Notes: generated from the letters alone by a model not told the origin. Counted from the stretch's first letter, positions 35,618 to 50,621 are shown. The stretch: 64,000 nucleotides of DNA from Nemertoderma westbladi (GCA_032718475.1 JAUCBJ010008354.1:125041-189040), one strand, 5' to 3'. Numbers and translations: made by a program.

Positions 35618-38600
35618 ATGTCTGACACTCAGCAAAACCTGTCAGACAGTCTAATCGATACAACCATCTGTGACACAGATAGGAGTGTGGAGCGATTAAG
35701 AAAGGAGTTCAGCTCACCTCCTACTGAAAGAAAAGTCATCCCTCCAGTAGTGGTATCAGACCCTAAGCTAATCCAACACCGTAGGTCTATCATCGGCACT
35801 CGGGCCCAAGTCAAATGGAACCAGGAAGCAGCTGTCCAACAGCAGCAACATCCTAGTCAAGAAACTTGTTCCCAGCGATCCGATAGCTCCAGTAGTGCGG
35901 ATACTGCAGAGCTGACCCCCGAACGCGGAGTGCAGATGGCGGCTACAGCCTACTCGGATCCCCTTCTCACCCTTCCTGCCGCAGTGCTAACTACAATATT
36001 GATCGCGGTGGAGGAACATCAAGCCGATTGGGCGAGAAGTAAGCGAGCGACCCAAGATAGTTATGCGGGATACGCCAGGGAAGAATTGATGTCTATTGTC
36101 GAGTCACAATGGAACTTTCCCGGACCCGGACTCCCGTTAGATTTGTCCGAAGCTGCTTGGGAAGATATACACAGGCTGGGAGTGACTAAAGATACAATGG
36201 ATCCAGCTGTTTGGAAGAGGTCGGCAGCAGGATATGTGCAGGGATTCTTCGGCTCCTTGGAGCGATTAGAAGAACAACTGTTTCGACAACCCCAAGGACC
36301 TCAAGAGCAGGAAGAGCTGCTATATCAAGTACGCGAAAGAACCCTGCGCATTAGACTAATCCTATCAGCCTTTGAGGAAACTTCCAAAAGAAAACAGGAC
36401 ACGTCGCTGCAGGTTGCTGTCAAAACTTGGTTCCAGCGGGTAGGTCTCAAAGTACAAGAAACGGACCAGTGGAAATCCCAGCTGTCTGAGAGACTAACCT
36501 ATGAAGAACCAACCGATGCCACCCTTTCTCAAGTGAAAGGCGAAGAGACCGCAGAGAGACCACGAACGCGAGACGCCATAGACATATATCTGTCCGACTA
36601 TCAGCGATTCCTAGGAGACGAAGAGTTGAGGAGACGGCTGTCTGGACTTTCCCCTAATAGTGAAGGAACCCAACTTGTGTTGGACGCAATTGATACTGAG
36701 ATGATAGCTGCGGACCAAGCTAAATTTGATGAACGTCTCCGCATAGCTAGAGCTCAAGAAGAACAAGTAAAGAAAAGGCGGATTGAAGACAAAAAGGCAG
36801 CAGCAATAGCAGCGGCAATGGCAACAGCAGAAGCAGACAGAAAGGCAGAAAGAAAGGTGGCAGAAGCAGCGGCCGAAGCGGAAATAAAGGCGGCGGAGGC
36901 AAAAGCAGAAGCAGACAGAAAGGCGGAAAGAAAGGCGGCGGAGGCAGTGGCAGAAGCAGAACGGAGAGCGTCTGAGGAGACCGCCCAGCTGGAGTTAGAA
37001 GATCTGCAGGAGACGCAAGACAGCATCGGTAGGCAGTTAACAGACAGTCGAATGCAGATGATGAGTCGATCTACCTCCAAACGCCAAGGCTATACATCAT
37101 CGGAGGAAGGGGATACCACCGATCCTGAAGGTGGAGGAAATCAATCTCGTCTCAGTAGACGTAGAAGAACATCTCACCGTCATAAATTGCCTGATTTGCC
37201 CCCAGCCGTTAGAAGACAATTAGCTAGCACAACAGTAGGTAGTACAGAACCCACAGACCGAATTATTACCGTCAACAGACTCCCTACTATAACAGATGAG
37301 CCTGAAATAATTAGGCCTTTTCTCGAAGCCACCCCTTTGGTGCTAGAGACACCTGTACTCCCTGAAACAAACTCTAAATTCCATTTACACAGTACTACAC
37401 TGCATGTACCCGGTAGAACAGTCCATGAAAATATCCCTGTCCTGGAAGCTGAGAGAGAAATCAAAGATTTGTCTCCTGTCGTCCCGCGTCAGCCCGCTAC
37501 AATGTTGGCGACTCCCGCTTCGGTGGTCGAGTGGGTAGAGGAGGGACGGCGGGGGATGAATCTCCTGCTCGGACAGATGCAGGAGACTGTCCACCAACTT
37601 AAGGGAAGGTAGAGCAGAGTTGCAAGAAGTGCAGCAAAGTATCGCACTAGAACGCGACAAATTAGTCAACATACAAAAGGGCATACCAATACCCCCAGTA
37701 ACATTGTGTCAACCTGTTAGGTCTGAAGTATTACATGCGCAAGGTGTGGAGCCTACACGCATCTATACTGCTAGTGAAGTAGAAACTCCTATAGCAAACC
37801 CTATTAAGGGTGATTATAGACCTGTTATTAACGATATCCCCTATAGACCTGACAATGACCCGAGAAATTTATATACTGATAATTCGATATTAAATAACAC
37901 GATGGCCCAAGAAAGCTTTACGCGTCAGATGGCTAGAACAGAAGCCCGCCAAGCAGTCAAAGTGGGAGAGATCGTCAAATTCAATGGAGATGAGATGAAA
38001 TGGTTACCTTTCAACGAATATTACAAAGATAGCATACAAAACTCTGTACTATCTAACGGAGAGAAACTTAGGTTCCTCATCAAGTGCTTGGAAGGACCTC
38101 CCAGGTTAATGGCGTTAAAGTTTATTGGACATCCAGAAGAATTAAGACAGGTATGGGATACATTAAACATCAGGTATGGTAACAAGGATAACATAGCTAA
38201 GTATTTGTATGCAAAATTAGTAGCCCCCCGACACTTCCTTAGTAGCGGGATTATAGAGTTTTCCGATGAAATTCAGGAGATCTGTAGACAATTGGACTAG
38301 TTAGGTAAGTCTCATGAATATCAGAGTTCAATGGTTATTGGAGCCATAGTCTCTACTTTACCAAAGGGTGGAGTATGTACACGCTGGGACAAGAAAGTGT
38401 TGTACATGAATGAACAACAACGACGAAGTCCTACCATGGCTGATCTCATGTCCTTCTTAGATAGTGAAGTAAAATTACAACTCATAAAGCAGTCCAGAGA
38501 GAAAACATCGGAAAATAAGGTAAGTGAGAAACCCGTTTCTAGGAGAAGGATAATACCAGTGTGTTATACTGACGACGGCGAAAGCCAAGCTTCTCAAGAA

Positions 38601-40243
38601 GAGGACAGCGGGAAAGACACAGCAAAATCTTACTATGACAATAAGACCTATAAAGGCGTAAGTAAATACAAGTCTCGAACCAGTGACAGGAGAGAACAGG
38701 TAACAACAACTCCTCCTACGTCTCCTAAGAGAATTCACAGAAGAAAGCCCGAAGAAAGAACGAGAGTGCATAACGTTACCCAAGGTAAGGTGAGTAACAT
38801 CAAACCAAAATGTGCGCTGTGCGACGGGCCCCACCGTTTGAGTGCGTGTGCTGAATTTCTAAAGAAATCCCTTGTAGACAGACGTACAGTCCTGTGGAAT
38901 AAGCGGTTATGCTATAATTGCCTCAGATCAGGACACCAACGGCGAACCTGTTACTCCGACGTAAAGTGTGCAAAGTGTGGCGCGAAACATCACATCTTGT
39001 TACACAGTGAGTTCGAACGAGACAACCCGAGTCAGGTAAGTGAGCCCGAACTACATGTCCAATTCAGTGATGTAAATGACACTGATCAAGAGTCTGAGAT
39101 GGAAGGATTCTATACTGACGAATTCTCTGACGCCAACGAATCCTGTTACCTAATAAATACCTCAGTGTATCGAGCACTTACTTATGAAAAGGACACCGAC
39201 AATGAGTTCCCCCCAACTACTTTTGCCGACAACCATCTTGGAAAGCTCCAACTTCCAACGTAGGAATCAGAGAATTTCCTGTAGTGCAGGTAAGAGTTCA
39301 CGGTCCTAACAAAAGTTACATAGTGAACGCCCTCCTTGACTCCGGCAGCACAGGAACATTCATCGATCAAGAACTAGCCGAAGATATCTTTGCTGGACAA
39401 CCCAAATTCCGGACTAAATTGAATATGTCAGGAATTATGCAGGTTTGGAAATCTACCCTAACGGCAGATTACTATGTAGGTGCGTTGTCCACCCCCCAGG
39501 ATAAATTAGGAGCACAAGGTATAAGGTCGGTAAAAATGGTGGCTATAAAGAACTTCGCTACTACCCAAGCAGACCTTTATAATTGGGACGAGGATGAGAG
39601 CATCCAACATCTTAAGATACCTCGATTCCAGACAGATTATCCTGGAGTGCAAATACTCATCGGCCAAAACGCGCATGAGGCGCTCGAGACATTGGAGAAA
39701 CGGCCTGCTCAACCGCAGCCACTGCAAACCTATGCGGTAAGAACTAGAGTAGGTTGGTACTTCACTGGCCCTTCCCGTAGAACTCTCAAAGAGAGATTAC
39801 CTCAATAACAGGTATACCAAGTAAAGGAATGGGAAGTGGAGAGCAGTGATGTGGACGATCCAACTGAGGGAACACCATACTCCTCAGATAATGACGATAT
39901 TAACTCCAATGTAGATCAATGGAGACATTGCCTTGGGACGATTAATCCAGCCGACATCACTTCCAGAGGAGCAACTCCTCAAGAACTGATAGATAATCCA
40001 GGCTGGTTAGGTGGATCCGACTTCTTAAGTAAAGAAGAAGAAGAATGGCCTCCTCATCTTACCCCGGTGAAGATTAGACAGGCCAAGGGAGCGGAGAAAG
40101 TAACACAACAACTAAATCGCCCAGCTAGTCGTTTATGTTTACTGGAAAGAGACCGAAAACTGTCCGGAAACTATGGAAGGCAAGATACTCTTCCTACGAC
40201 CACTTCCCTAATTCGACAAATATCTAGGGACTCCATAACGTAA
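35618..40243 (+). pseudogene. Copy 3 gag-protease with fused pol remnants; several stops and frameshifts
   Basis: ORF pieces 35618-37612, 37620-38300, 38331-39263, 39284-39808 and 39836-40243 are collinear with copy 1 gag-PR. Confidence 0.9.
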
Positions 40244-41870
40244 TAACATATGGAGTGGGCGTGTGACTATATCATTTTATATTTGTTTTTATTTTATATT
40301 TATGTATGTATTATTATGTAATTTTATTATAATCGTTTCCTTTAATTTTATTTTAGTAAAATGTTATTTTAGTGATTATTTAGTAGATTAGTGCAATATA
40401 TTAGTGTTTACTACGTACGTAATTACTTATAATATATTTAGTGCGACGGCGAGAAATAATTATTTTTTCTCTTTCCTTACTGTCCATATCATATTATAAA
40501 TACGTGACTACAGTAAGATGAAATGTCCGTACTTATTAAAGTACAATAAAGCCACTACTATATTCAGGTATTATTGGTAGGCAGAGTATTAGGAATGCAA
40601 AGTTCAGATCCTCGTGTCTCGGCTAAACCAAGCTCTGGGTAGACCTTGGAAATGACTTGCCTCTTCACACTGACATTGCTTCGTGCGATATTGCTCTTCT
40701 ACCTTATATTAAATAATACATATAGTAGCGTGATGTCCATATAACAGTAGCGTAAAACGCAAATAAATCTGTTAAACCTTTTGGCCATCTGTAATTCTAG
40801 TCGATTAAGATATCGCGGCACCCACCGATATACTTGAAAGACAAATTCTAGAATCAGTGGTTAACGTCCCCAGACAAGTTCTGGAATAAATCGGTGCCCA
40901 TCTTAAATATTAATTTAATATTTAGTAAAATCTGTAAAATTCAGATCCTTTAAATTTCTAGTCAATTAAGATATCACAGCACTTACCGATACTCTTAAAA
41001 GGCAATTTTCTAGAATTAAGGATCCTCAGTCCCCAGACATGCTATGGAATAAAAATTGTGTCAATCTTATCAAATAATAAAATTCACGGGAATAAATTTA
41101 AATTCATATTTTAAATGAATTTCATAAATTGTCATTTTTGCGCAATTTATAACATTCCCAAAATTCCATTAATTAATAGATCATGGGAGCGGAGATTCAT
41201 CCTATTGAGTGTATTAGAGTGCGAGAATCTCCAACATATAGTCAATAGCCGATAAAATTAATAAAATCATGCATAAAGAGGATATTGACAATTAAAGAAT
41301 TATTATTAAATAGCATCCCAGATCTGTATGCATGAGAATTACCCTAATTCTACCGCTAGCATTCCATAATGTCACCATAGCAACACCCACGCTAGAATTA
41401 GAAGCAAGTTAAAAGAACAACAGAAAGCTTGTCCCATTGCATAGCATAGAGAATACATAGCACACTGTTAGTATCCAAGGATACACAGTAATAACGTGAC
41501 ATTCTGGAAGGCACTGACTAACGGACAAATGGCCTGTATGTGTACAATTGGTGACAGTTGTGTGGAATTTGTGCGTTTGTAGGTGAATGTTACTGCTAAG
41601 GTGTGTTTACAGTAGCTAGTCGCAATTGTGAAAGTAGCCCAACTCTCCTATAGAAAGAACCTAAAGTGGATTCAAGCCTTTGGGACGGACAGTGGAGTGA
41701 CTTGTGCCGGTTATCGTTGTCGTGCTGTTGCTACATGTTGGCGTAAACACCGCGACGACGGTACATCGGCGCTGAGAATCCCACTGTCCGGGGGCAAAGA
41801 AAGGTAGGCAGCGACGCCCGCTCGCCTAAACATAAACTCATTACAATATTAATAAACTCAGATAGCAGAT

Positions 41871-43319
41871 ATGACAGAGTTGATAGAAGATGATCTTGGT
41901 ATCAGGGAGCGATATACTCTACCTTTACAAGCATTTGTGGATAGCTTGATACGCGATGAAGCCGATCCAACCATTACGGAGGACGATGGTTGTTATATCG
42001 AACCGCCGATGTCCCAAGAGCAACTTGCGCGTGAATTGGACTATCGAAAATTCACCACTCGCTATACGAATCGTAATGGTACGTATGTGGACTTCCTAAC
42101 TACCGGCCATCCTATCGATTTACATGATACGGACGATGTAGACACCGAAAGGGAAATGGTTCTATTTAAATATCATACCCAGCGGAGTCGTAACGATAAA
42201 CCGAGAATAGATCACGAAAATTCTACTCGTAACAGACTGGGAAGACGAACCAATATGCCTAGAATCTGAGGAGATTCAGCCTATCGCACCCGGAACAGCG
42301 ACAACGATTACATCCTAGAATGGTATCAAGGTCCACAGTGTCTCACTGCGTACAATTATCGCCATGCCAACTATGTTTCTCGGCAACGTTGTCGGTTATG
42401 CGCATCGAGAGACCATGTTACGCCCATGGACACAAACGTCCGCTGTTCCTAGTTCCAAGAACAACCGACTATGGAAATTTATTGCGCATATTGCCGACTC
42501 AATAACTTGCACATTTTTGCGGTTTGCCCTCAATTTATGACTCAATGTCACCATTGTCAACTAAAGGGACACGCCAGTTTCGATTGCCCTTTTAATCGAG
42601 ATTTGGAAAGCGTAGATGAAATGATCACACTACGTTACATCAGAGCTTGGGAAGCGAACGCTGATTTACATTGTGATTCGCGCCATCGCTATTATCCTGG
42701 ACGCGCTTACGAAGGAGTTTATGCGTTCCATCCTTATCTATTCGCTTCTGTCGAACAGAAATCACGCATATCGAGTTACGAGCTACTGAAGCGCGTCGGA
42801 GAATGTATTTCAACCAAATTCGTACGCAAATTTCTCAGGAGTGTTAATCCTAGCGACCTTCATTCCTATAACTTAATCAATTATATCCGTCAGGATCCGG
42901 ACTATGGAGACTTGTTTGTTAACTCACACCCCGAGTCACAGGAAGTATATCGACGGCCTTACGAATACCGAGCCCGCGAACGCGAGTTGGAAAGGACCAT
43001 TAAACCCCGGAGGTTTCTAACTGCCTATGGTCCACCCACGGCCCTCGTTCAGACCACTCATAAAGGACCCGTAAGAGCGGCTGTCTTGAAACGAGCTCTC
43101 AAAGCCGTTAGACCCCTCTCCCCTGACGTTGATGTCAATCAACCCGGTACTTAGATGGGCGGATACACCGACCATAATCCTACACCCTCTGACGCAATCA
43201 TATTGCACCCTTCACCCAGGAGTTATAGCCCTCCTTGTAAAGTGGCTCGCCCCAAAGAGAAAAGGACTCTGGCTAGCTTTAAAAAACTGCGTAAACGCCG
43301 TCCGCGCAAGAAAGACTAA
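41871..43319 (+). pseudogene. Accessory zinc-knuckle ORF of copy 3, deleted and frameshifted
   Basis: ORFs 41871-42269 and 42471-43154 are homologous to the copy 1 accessory ORF. Confidence 0.8.
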
Positions 43320-43397
43320 CTGTTTAGAGTATTTACGTATATTAGAAACTGTGATTTTGTATATTTTATAGACTCAAATCCCATTTTCTGGGAGCGG

Positions 43398-44632
43398 TGT
43401 AAAAGCTTCTGTGGGATATAACTGGCCCCTTTTGCTTCGCAATCCAGTTTCCCCCCAGGCGCTGGAATACTCTAAAAGGCTCTCTAACTATATATATATT
43501 CCCCTTGCCCGCAAGGTACCATTACAGGTGTTTTAACGGACATAAAAGTCATTCTTCTATATACGTGTTTTGGCGGACATGGTAAGGCAAAAAACCGGCA
43601 ATGCACCAAATACCTTTACACAGCTTAGCCTTGATGATTCATATTACGACATCTAACAGCTGGTTGCTGACATGGGAACAGCCATTGGACACATGGTTCT
43701 TTGTTTAGCTTAAGCCAATCAGAGCGATTTTTTCTGTCGATGTGGAGGTATTCGGCCGATCATAATAGGAGTGTTCAGTCTTACTGTTTTTTCTTGATAC
43801 GGTTGTGTTCCTTCTATCTAGGCCAGGAACACCGGCTCTAGAGTCAATTCGTTTCAGACTTTAGAAGAAACATTAGTAGGCTTAAGATTATAGAGCGTAT
43901 AACTGTTATCGGTCCAGTCAAACAGTGTTACCATCTTAACCTACCGTCTTAATGCTATTTACTGTTGTGTTTTGGTTGAATATTGTTATTTGGAGAACAT
44001 ATATAAAGAACCCAAATTTCCCAATTTTCTTGATACACTACAGGTTAGAGAGACGGGTTATATATAGCGATTGCGACTTATATTATTGTGTATGTAGTGA
44101 ATTTAATGCTATTTGATAAGCACTACATTGGTCCGTTGCTGTTCTCTTTATATATGATAAAAATCATTGACGGTCGGCAAATTAGTGGGCAGTATTGTGT
44201 GTTACCGGTAGTGTGCATGATTGTGACTGATAACTAAGCATTTCCTATAGAATGCGCCTCATACGTGAATCATAAGCCTTACCGACTTACCGTTGTGATT
44301 AGTATAAGTCATATCTCTGTTTACCTAGATAGAGCGCCACGTCCTAAAGGAACTGTTAATATTTCCCGAAAGTGAATAATATTGGTCAGAAATTATTTAT
44401 TAACGATCAATCGAATAATACAGTAAGCTTACACTGTAATAATAATCTAAGCCCTCAGAATCCAGTCTCCCGGGTATATCCAGCGGGTGAATGGACGCGC
44501 ACTAGGCTGGCTTCTGCTAATGTTGTGTTTATTGGTATTAAATATTTGTCATCTTCTAAAGTCTATTTATAAACCAAAAGACATATAAATTTTGGCAGGT
44601 TAAACTGCTAAAGGTCTTCAAAAGCGCGTACA
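43398..44632 (+). repeat. 3' LTR of copy 3
   Basis: TGTAAAAGC...GCGCGTACA, preceded by TGGGAGCGG. Confidence 0.95.
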
Positions 44633-44637
44633 CCGTT

Positions 44638-46999
44638 GGTGTCCTGGTCTGAGGCAATTATAGCATAACCGCTTATCCCACATGACTTCACGTCTGTCTA
44701 CCAGGGATTTCTTTAGGAATTCAGCACACACACTCAAACGGTGGGGCCCGTCGCACAGCGAACATTTTGGTTCGATGTTACTCACTTTACCTTGGGCAAC
44801 GTTATGCACTCTCGTTCTTTCTTCGGGCTTTCTTCCGTGAATTCTCTTAGGAGACGTAGGAGGAGTTGTTGTTACCTGTTCTCTCCTGTCCCTGGTTCGA
44901 GACTTATATTTACTTACGTCTTTATAGGTCTTGTTATCATAGTAAGATTTTGCTGTGTCTTTCCCGCTGTCCTCTTCTTGAGAAGCTTGGCTTTCGCCGT
45001 TGTCAGTATAACACACTGGTGTTACCCTTCTCCTAGAAATGGGTTTCTCACTTACCTTATTTTCCGATGTTTTCTCTCTGGACTGCTTTATGAGTTGTAA
45101 TTTTACTTCACTATCTAAGAAGGACATGAGATCAGCCATGGTAGGGTCTCGTTATTGTTGTTCCATCATATATAACACTTTCTTGTCCCAGCGTGTACCT
45201 ACTCCACCCTTTGGTAAAGTAGATGCTAAGGCTCCTACAACCATAGAGTTCTGGTATTCATGAGACTTACCTAACCAATCTAGCTGTCTACAGATCTCCT
45301 GAATCTCATCGGAAAATTCTATAATCCCTCTGCTAAGAAACTTTCGGGGCGCCATTAATTTCGCATATAAATACCTAGCTATGTTAGTCCTATTACCATA
45401 CCTGATGTTTAGAGTATCCCAAACTTGTCTTAATCCATCTGGATGTCCAATAAATTTTAACGCCATTAACTTGGGAGGTCCTTCCAAGCATTCGATGAGG
45501 TATCTGAGTTTCTCTCCGTTAGATAGCACAGAATTCTGTATGTTATCTTTGTAATATTCATTAAAAGGTAACCATTTCATCTCATCTCCATTTAACTTGA
45601 CGATCTCTCCAACCTTTACCGCTTGACGGGCTTCGGTTCTAGCCATTTGACGCGTAAAACTTTCTTGAGCCATCGTATTATTGAATATAGAATTATCGGT
45701 ATATAAATTTCTCGTTCTATCGCGTTCTAACGCGATACTTTGCTGCACCTTTTGCAACTCTAACCTACTTTCCCTTACTGTTCCCTTGAGCTGCTGAACA
45801 GTCTCTTCCATTTCCCGGACCTGCTGAGAGGAGCACAAACAGTGTTCCCTCAGCTGCTCGAGCAGGAGACCCATCTCCCGTCGTCCCTCAGCTACCCACT
45901 CAACCGCCGAAGCGGGAGTCGCCAACGTAGTAGCGGGCGAGCGAGAGACGACGGGCGATAAATTCTTGATATCTCGCTCGGCGTCCAGGACGGGTTCGGA
46001 CTCGGGAACAGTCCTACTGGGCACAGGTAGTTTAGTATTGTACAAAGGGAATTTATAGGCAGGTTCTGGGAGCACAGGTGTCTCTATCACCGAAGGGGTG
46101 ATTTCAAGAACAGGCCTAATTATTTCAGGCTCATCTACTACAGTAGGGAGTCTTTCTACTGTAATAATTTGGTCTGTGGGTTCTGTACTACCTAAGTCTG
46201 TGCTAGCTAGTTGCCTTCTCCCAGCTGGGGGCAGATTAGGCAATTTCTGACGGTGAGGCATTCTTCTACGTCTGTTGGAACGAGATCTATTTCCTCCGCC
46301 TTCAGGATCAGTGGTATCGCCTTCATCAGATGACGTAACGCTTGCGTCCTTCTTCTGAGGTTTCTCTGCCGTCGCTTCGCCTTCCACTTGAGAAAAGACG
46401 GCGTCTGTTGATTCTCCTTGGGTCATGTGCTCGGTTAGCAGAGCTTTCCATTGAGTCGTTGCTTGGACTTTAAGACTCACACGCCAGAACCAAGTCTTTA
46501 CGGCGACCCGCAACGACGTATCTTGGCTTATCCTTGAGACTTTCTTATAGGCTGAAAGAATTAGTCTGATCCACAGAACTCGTTCGCGAACTTGATAAAG
46601 CAGCTCTTCCTGCTCCCGAGGTCCGTAAGGCCGCTGAAACAGCTGCTCCTCCAATCGCCACAGAGAGCTGAAGAATCTCTGTGCATATTCTGCTACCGAC
46701 CCCTTCCACCTAGCCGAATCCCTAGTGTTCCATACCACTCCCATCCTGTATAAGTCCTCCCAGCCAGCTTTCGATAAGTTAAACGGGAGTCCGGGTCCGG
46801 GGAAATTCCATTGCGTCTCGACAATAGACTTCAGTTCCTCCTTCGTGTATCCCGCATAACTATCCTTGGTCGATCGCTCACTTTTCGCCCAATCCATCTG
46901 GTGCTCCTCCACCGCAATCAATACCCTTTTGAGTACGGCTACAGGAAGGATGAGAAGGGGATCCGAACTATCTGACAGTGCCCGTTTTGTGTCAGACAT
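44638..46999 (-). pseudogene. Copy 2 gag, internally deleted, with a stop at 45152
   Basis: 615-aa and 173-aa ORFs homologous to copy 1 gag; the coiled-coil segment is missing. Confidence 0.88.
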
Positions 47000-49248
47000 G
47001 TTTGTTTACACAGTTGAATGCCTACGGCTATAAATACAGCTAAAGTAAGTCTAGTAATTCAGTATCACTGTTATCCTAATAATTAATTACCGATACTGCT
47101 GCTCAGTGTAGCGTGATATATATATAATATATTAGAATATCGGTATGCTTATAGTAGATATATAAGTATTATTACAGACTAGATTTGTCACAGAGTACCG
47201 GTATATAAATTTAGCACAAATATATATAAATATATAATAGGCCTATCGTGAATACCGGTATACAGCTGACACTTATAGTATATATAAGTATAATTATTAC
47301 AGACTAGAATTAATTACAGAATAACGGTATGATTTCAGCCCAAATTTATAGAAATAAATATAATAAGCCTATGGTAAATACCGGTATGTCAATTATTTTA
47401 GAATAATTGAATTTCTGAATATTTTAGGGTTACTTGGTTACTTTAACTTACTTTATTACCGTTATTTAAGCAGTAGTCCAACTGATATGGAAACCTAGTT
47501 GTTGTATGGCAGGCCTACTATTTATAAATCGTTTGAGTTGATTTATAATATATATATACCCGTTTAAAATGGGTTTTGTCAATATTTGAAATAAATGTTA
47601 TTATTTCTGGGGGGAGTCACTACACAGAAGCTGTGCGCTCTCAGTGAAGTGCTATTTATTGGACACTAAAACAGATAATTCTACTTCCTAAGTTACTTAT
47701 CTACGAATTACTTACGATACGGGTGAGATTAATTCTCTAACTAAACACAACAAAAATATTACGTACGAAATTTTAGGGTAATTTTACAGGGAAACTACAA
47801 ACCAGTCTAACAAAGGGTTAGAACTTCTGGTTATTACAACAGACAGGATACTACGGTATTTGAGAATAATAAAGCAGTAGTCAATATACTGCGTTGTCCA
47901 GATAGGAAAAATACCACCGCCTGACGACCTATAGCCGTATCGCTATAGGTACTACGTTATGTATCACGGAGTGTTCCTACCTAGAAGTTAATTACCGCGG
48001 ACTACCAGATCCAACGTGCCTATTAACCACTTTACAACACAATACACTGCCTACACACTAATTACCTTCGGAAAGCACTGTACACTAAACCCTAAATTAG
48101 GTACAAGTACTGGTACAACAAATAATCAGTAGTTAAATATACTTGAACAGTTAAAAGAACCACGGCATCTGCTGGAGTGACCAGAGCACAAAGTCACCAG
48201 TCTTTACCTACGCCAAGCAGCCCGTGTAGTACCGGGGTTAATTTAACTATAACGGTATGTGTAACAAGCACAATTACTGTAGGAATAAACTTGGGGACAT
48301 GAATGTTGCGAATAATCGCATAAACTCTGAATAATAAATATTACGCTACCCGTACAGAATACTCAAACAAAATTCAAACCAAACGCTGGCAGACTACCAC
48401 CAAGCCTAAATAAACTACAGTATGTGCAGATTCCGAAATCGTTAGTTAGTATGCGTTCTAACACGGTAGTACGACTTATTCTTTAAGAGGGGATTGACCT
48501 TACAGCTATGGCTGCCCCAACTTACTAACTGGCACTTTATCAGACAAACTCCACACACGCAGCAATCTCTTCAGACCTAATAATAGCTGGACAACAATCC
48601 AGCCTACAAAATATCTGAGTAATAACTATTACGGTACCTGAACAGACCACACAAACAAACACAGGCCAAAACGCTGGCAGAATACTGTCAAGCCTAAATA
48701 AACTACAGTATGTGCAGATTCCAAAATGGTTAGTTAGTATGCGTTCTAACACGGTAGTACGACTTATTCTTTAAGAGGGGATTGACCTTACAGCTATGGC
48801 TGCAGCTACAGCTCTATCGGACAAACTCTACACACGCCATAATCTCTCCAAACCCAACAACAATCCGACAACAGTCCGGCCTACAATTATCTGAACAATC
48901 TGAGCAGACTTACACGTCTTCAGCTCAATATTAACTTACATGTAAATAAAACCAACAGAAATAAGTAAAATCTCAATAAAAAAACCAGGGCTGCAGTCCC
49001 TGATTAAATACTAAGACCTACCGGTATACAATAATCAAAATCGAATAATACTAATGTACTTATACTGGAAGTACCGGTTAGGACAGTTGGGCCTACGGAC
49101 CTACAGAAGTACCGGTTCTGGCAGTTGGACCTACGGACCTACGGCAGTACCGGTTCTGGCAGTTGGGCCTACTGACCTACAGAAGTACCAGTTCAGGTTT
49201 ACCGGTCTACCGGTACTTTCAACTTTATTGCTTACTGCAATAAAGTCA

Positions 49249-49259
49249 ATAACTGTTAT
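49249..49259 (-). promoter_or_regulatory. PBS-position sequence of copy 2 (ATAACAGTTAT)
   Basis: Reverse complement of its own LTR site 49984-49994. Confidence 0.7.
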
Positions 49260-50492
49260 TGTACGCGCTTTTGAAGACCTTTAGCAGTTTAACCTGCCAA
49301 AATTTATATGTCTTTTGGTTTACAAATAGACTTTAGAAGTTGACAAATATTTAATACCAATAAACACAACATTAGCAGAAGCCAGCCTAGTGCGCGTCCA
49401 TTCACCCGCTGGATATACCCGGGAGACTGGATTCTGAGGGCTTAGATTATTATTGCAGTGTAAGCTTACTGTATTATTCGATTGATCGTTAATAAATAAT
49501 TTCTGACTAATATTATTCACTTTCGGGAAATATTAACAGTTCCTTTAGGACGTGGCGCTCTATCTAGGTAAACAGAGATATGACTTATACTAATCACAAC
49601 GGTAAGTCGGTAAGGCTTATGATTCACGTATGAGGCGCATTCTTTAGGAAATGCTTAGTTATCAGCCACAATCATGCACGCTACCGGTAACACACAATAC
49701 TGCTCACTAATTTGCCGACCGTCAATGAATTTTATCATATATAAAGAGAACAGCAACGGACCCATGTAGTGCTTATCAAATAGCATTAAATTCACTACAA
49801 ACCACAACAATATAAGTCGCAATCGCTATATATAACCCGTCTCTCTAACCTGTAGTGTATCAAGAAAATTGGGAAAATTGGGTTCTTTATAAATGTTCTC
49901 CAAATAATAATATTCAACCAAAACACAACAGTAAATAGCATTAAGACGGTAGGTTAAGATGGTAACACTGTTTGACTGGACCGATAACAGTTATACGCTC
50001 TATAATCTTAAGCCTACTAATGTTTCTTCTAAAGTCTGAAACGAATTGACTCTAGAGCCGGTGTTCCTGGCCTAGATAGAAGGAACATAACAGTATCACA
50101 AAAACAGTAAGACTGAACACTCCTAGTATGATCGGCCGAATATCTCCACATCGACAGAAAAAATCGCTCTGATTGGCTTAAGCTAAACAAAGAACCATGT
50201 GTCCAATGGCCGTTTCCATGTCAGCAACCAGCTGTTAGATGTCGTAATCTGAATCATCAAGGCTAAGCTGTGTAAAGGTATTTGGTACATTGCGGGTTTT
50301 TTGCCTCACCGTGTCCGCCAAAACACGTATATAGAAGAATGACTTTTATGTCCGTTAAAACACCTATAACGGTACCTTGCGGGCGAGGGGAATATATATA
50401 TATATTCCTTTTCTTTTAGAGTATTCCAGCGCCTGGGGGGAAACTGGATTGCGAAGCAAAAGGGCCAGTTATATCCCACAGAAGCTTTTACA
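49260..50492 (-). repeat. 5' LTR of copy 2
   Basis: TG...CA termini, followed by TSD TAGGC. Confidence 0.95.
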
Positions 50493-50497
50493 TAGGC

Positions 50498-50621
50498 TAA
50501 ATCTGATCTATGAACTTCAGTCCGGTTTTCGTAAATCATATTCTACAGACACCTGCCTTATTAACTTAACTGATACAATTAGATGTAATAACGCAAAGGG
50601 TTTATATACTGGTATGGTAAT
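50498..50621 (+). pseudogene. LINE fragment 3 (RT core start)
   Basis: LNLIYELQSGFRKSYSTDTCLINLTD..GLYTGMVI, cut just before the expected LDxxKAFD motif. Confidence 0.9.

Larger units (their letters stand above)
32146..44632 (+). mobile_element. BEL/Pao copy 3 (LTR type B), non-autonomous, inserted antisense into the gag zinc knuckles of copy 2
   Basis: 1235-bp LTRs 32146-33380 and 43398-44632; TSD CCGTT at 32141-32145 and 44633-44637; first base is A instead of T. Confidence 0.95.
26447..50492 (-). mobile_element. BEL/Pao copy 2 (LTR type B), non-autonomous, contains copy 3
   Basis: 1233-bp LTRs 26447-27679 and 49260-50492; TSD TAGGC at 26442-26446 and 50493-50497; no RT or integrase core. 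Confidence 0.95.
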
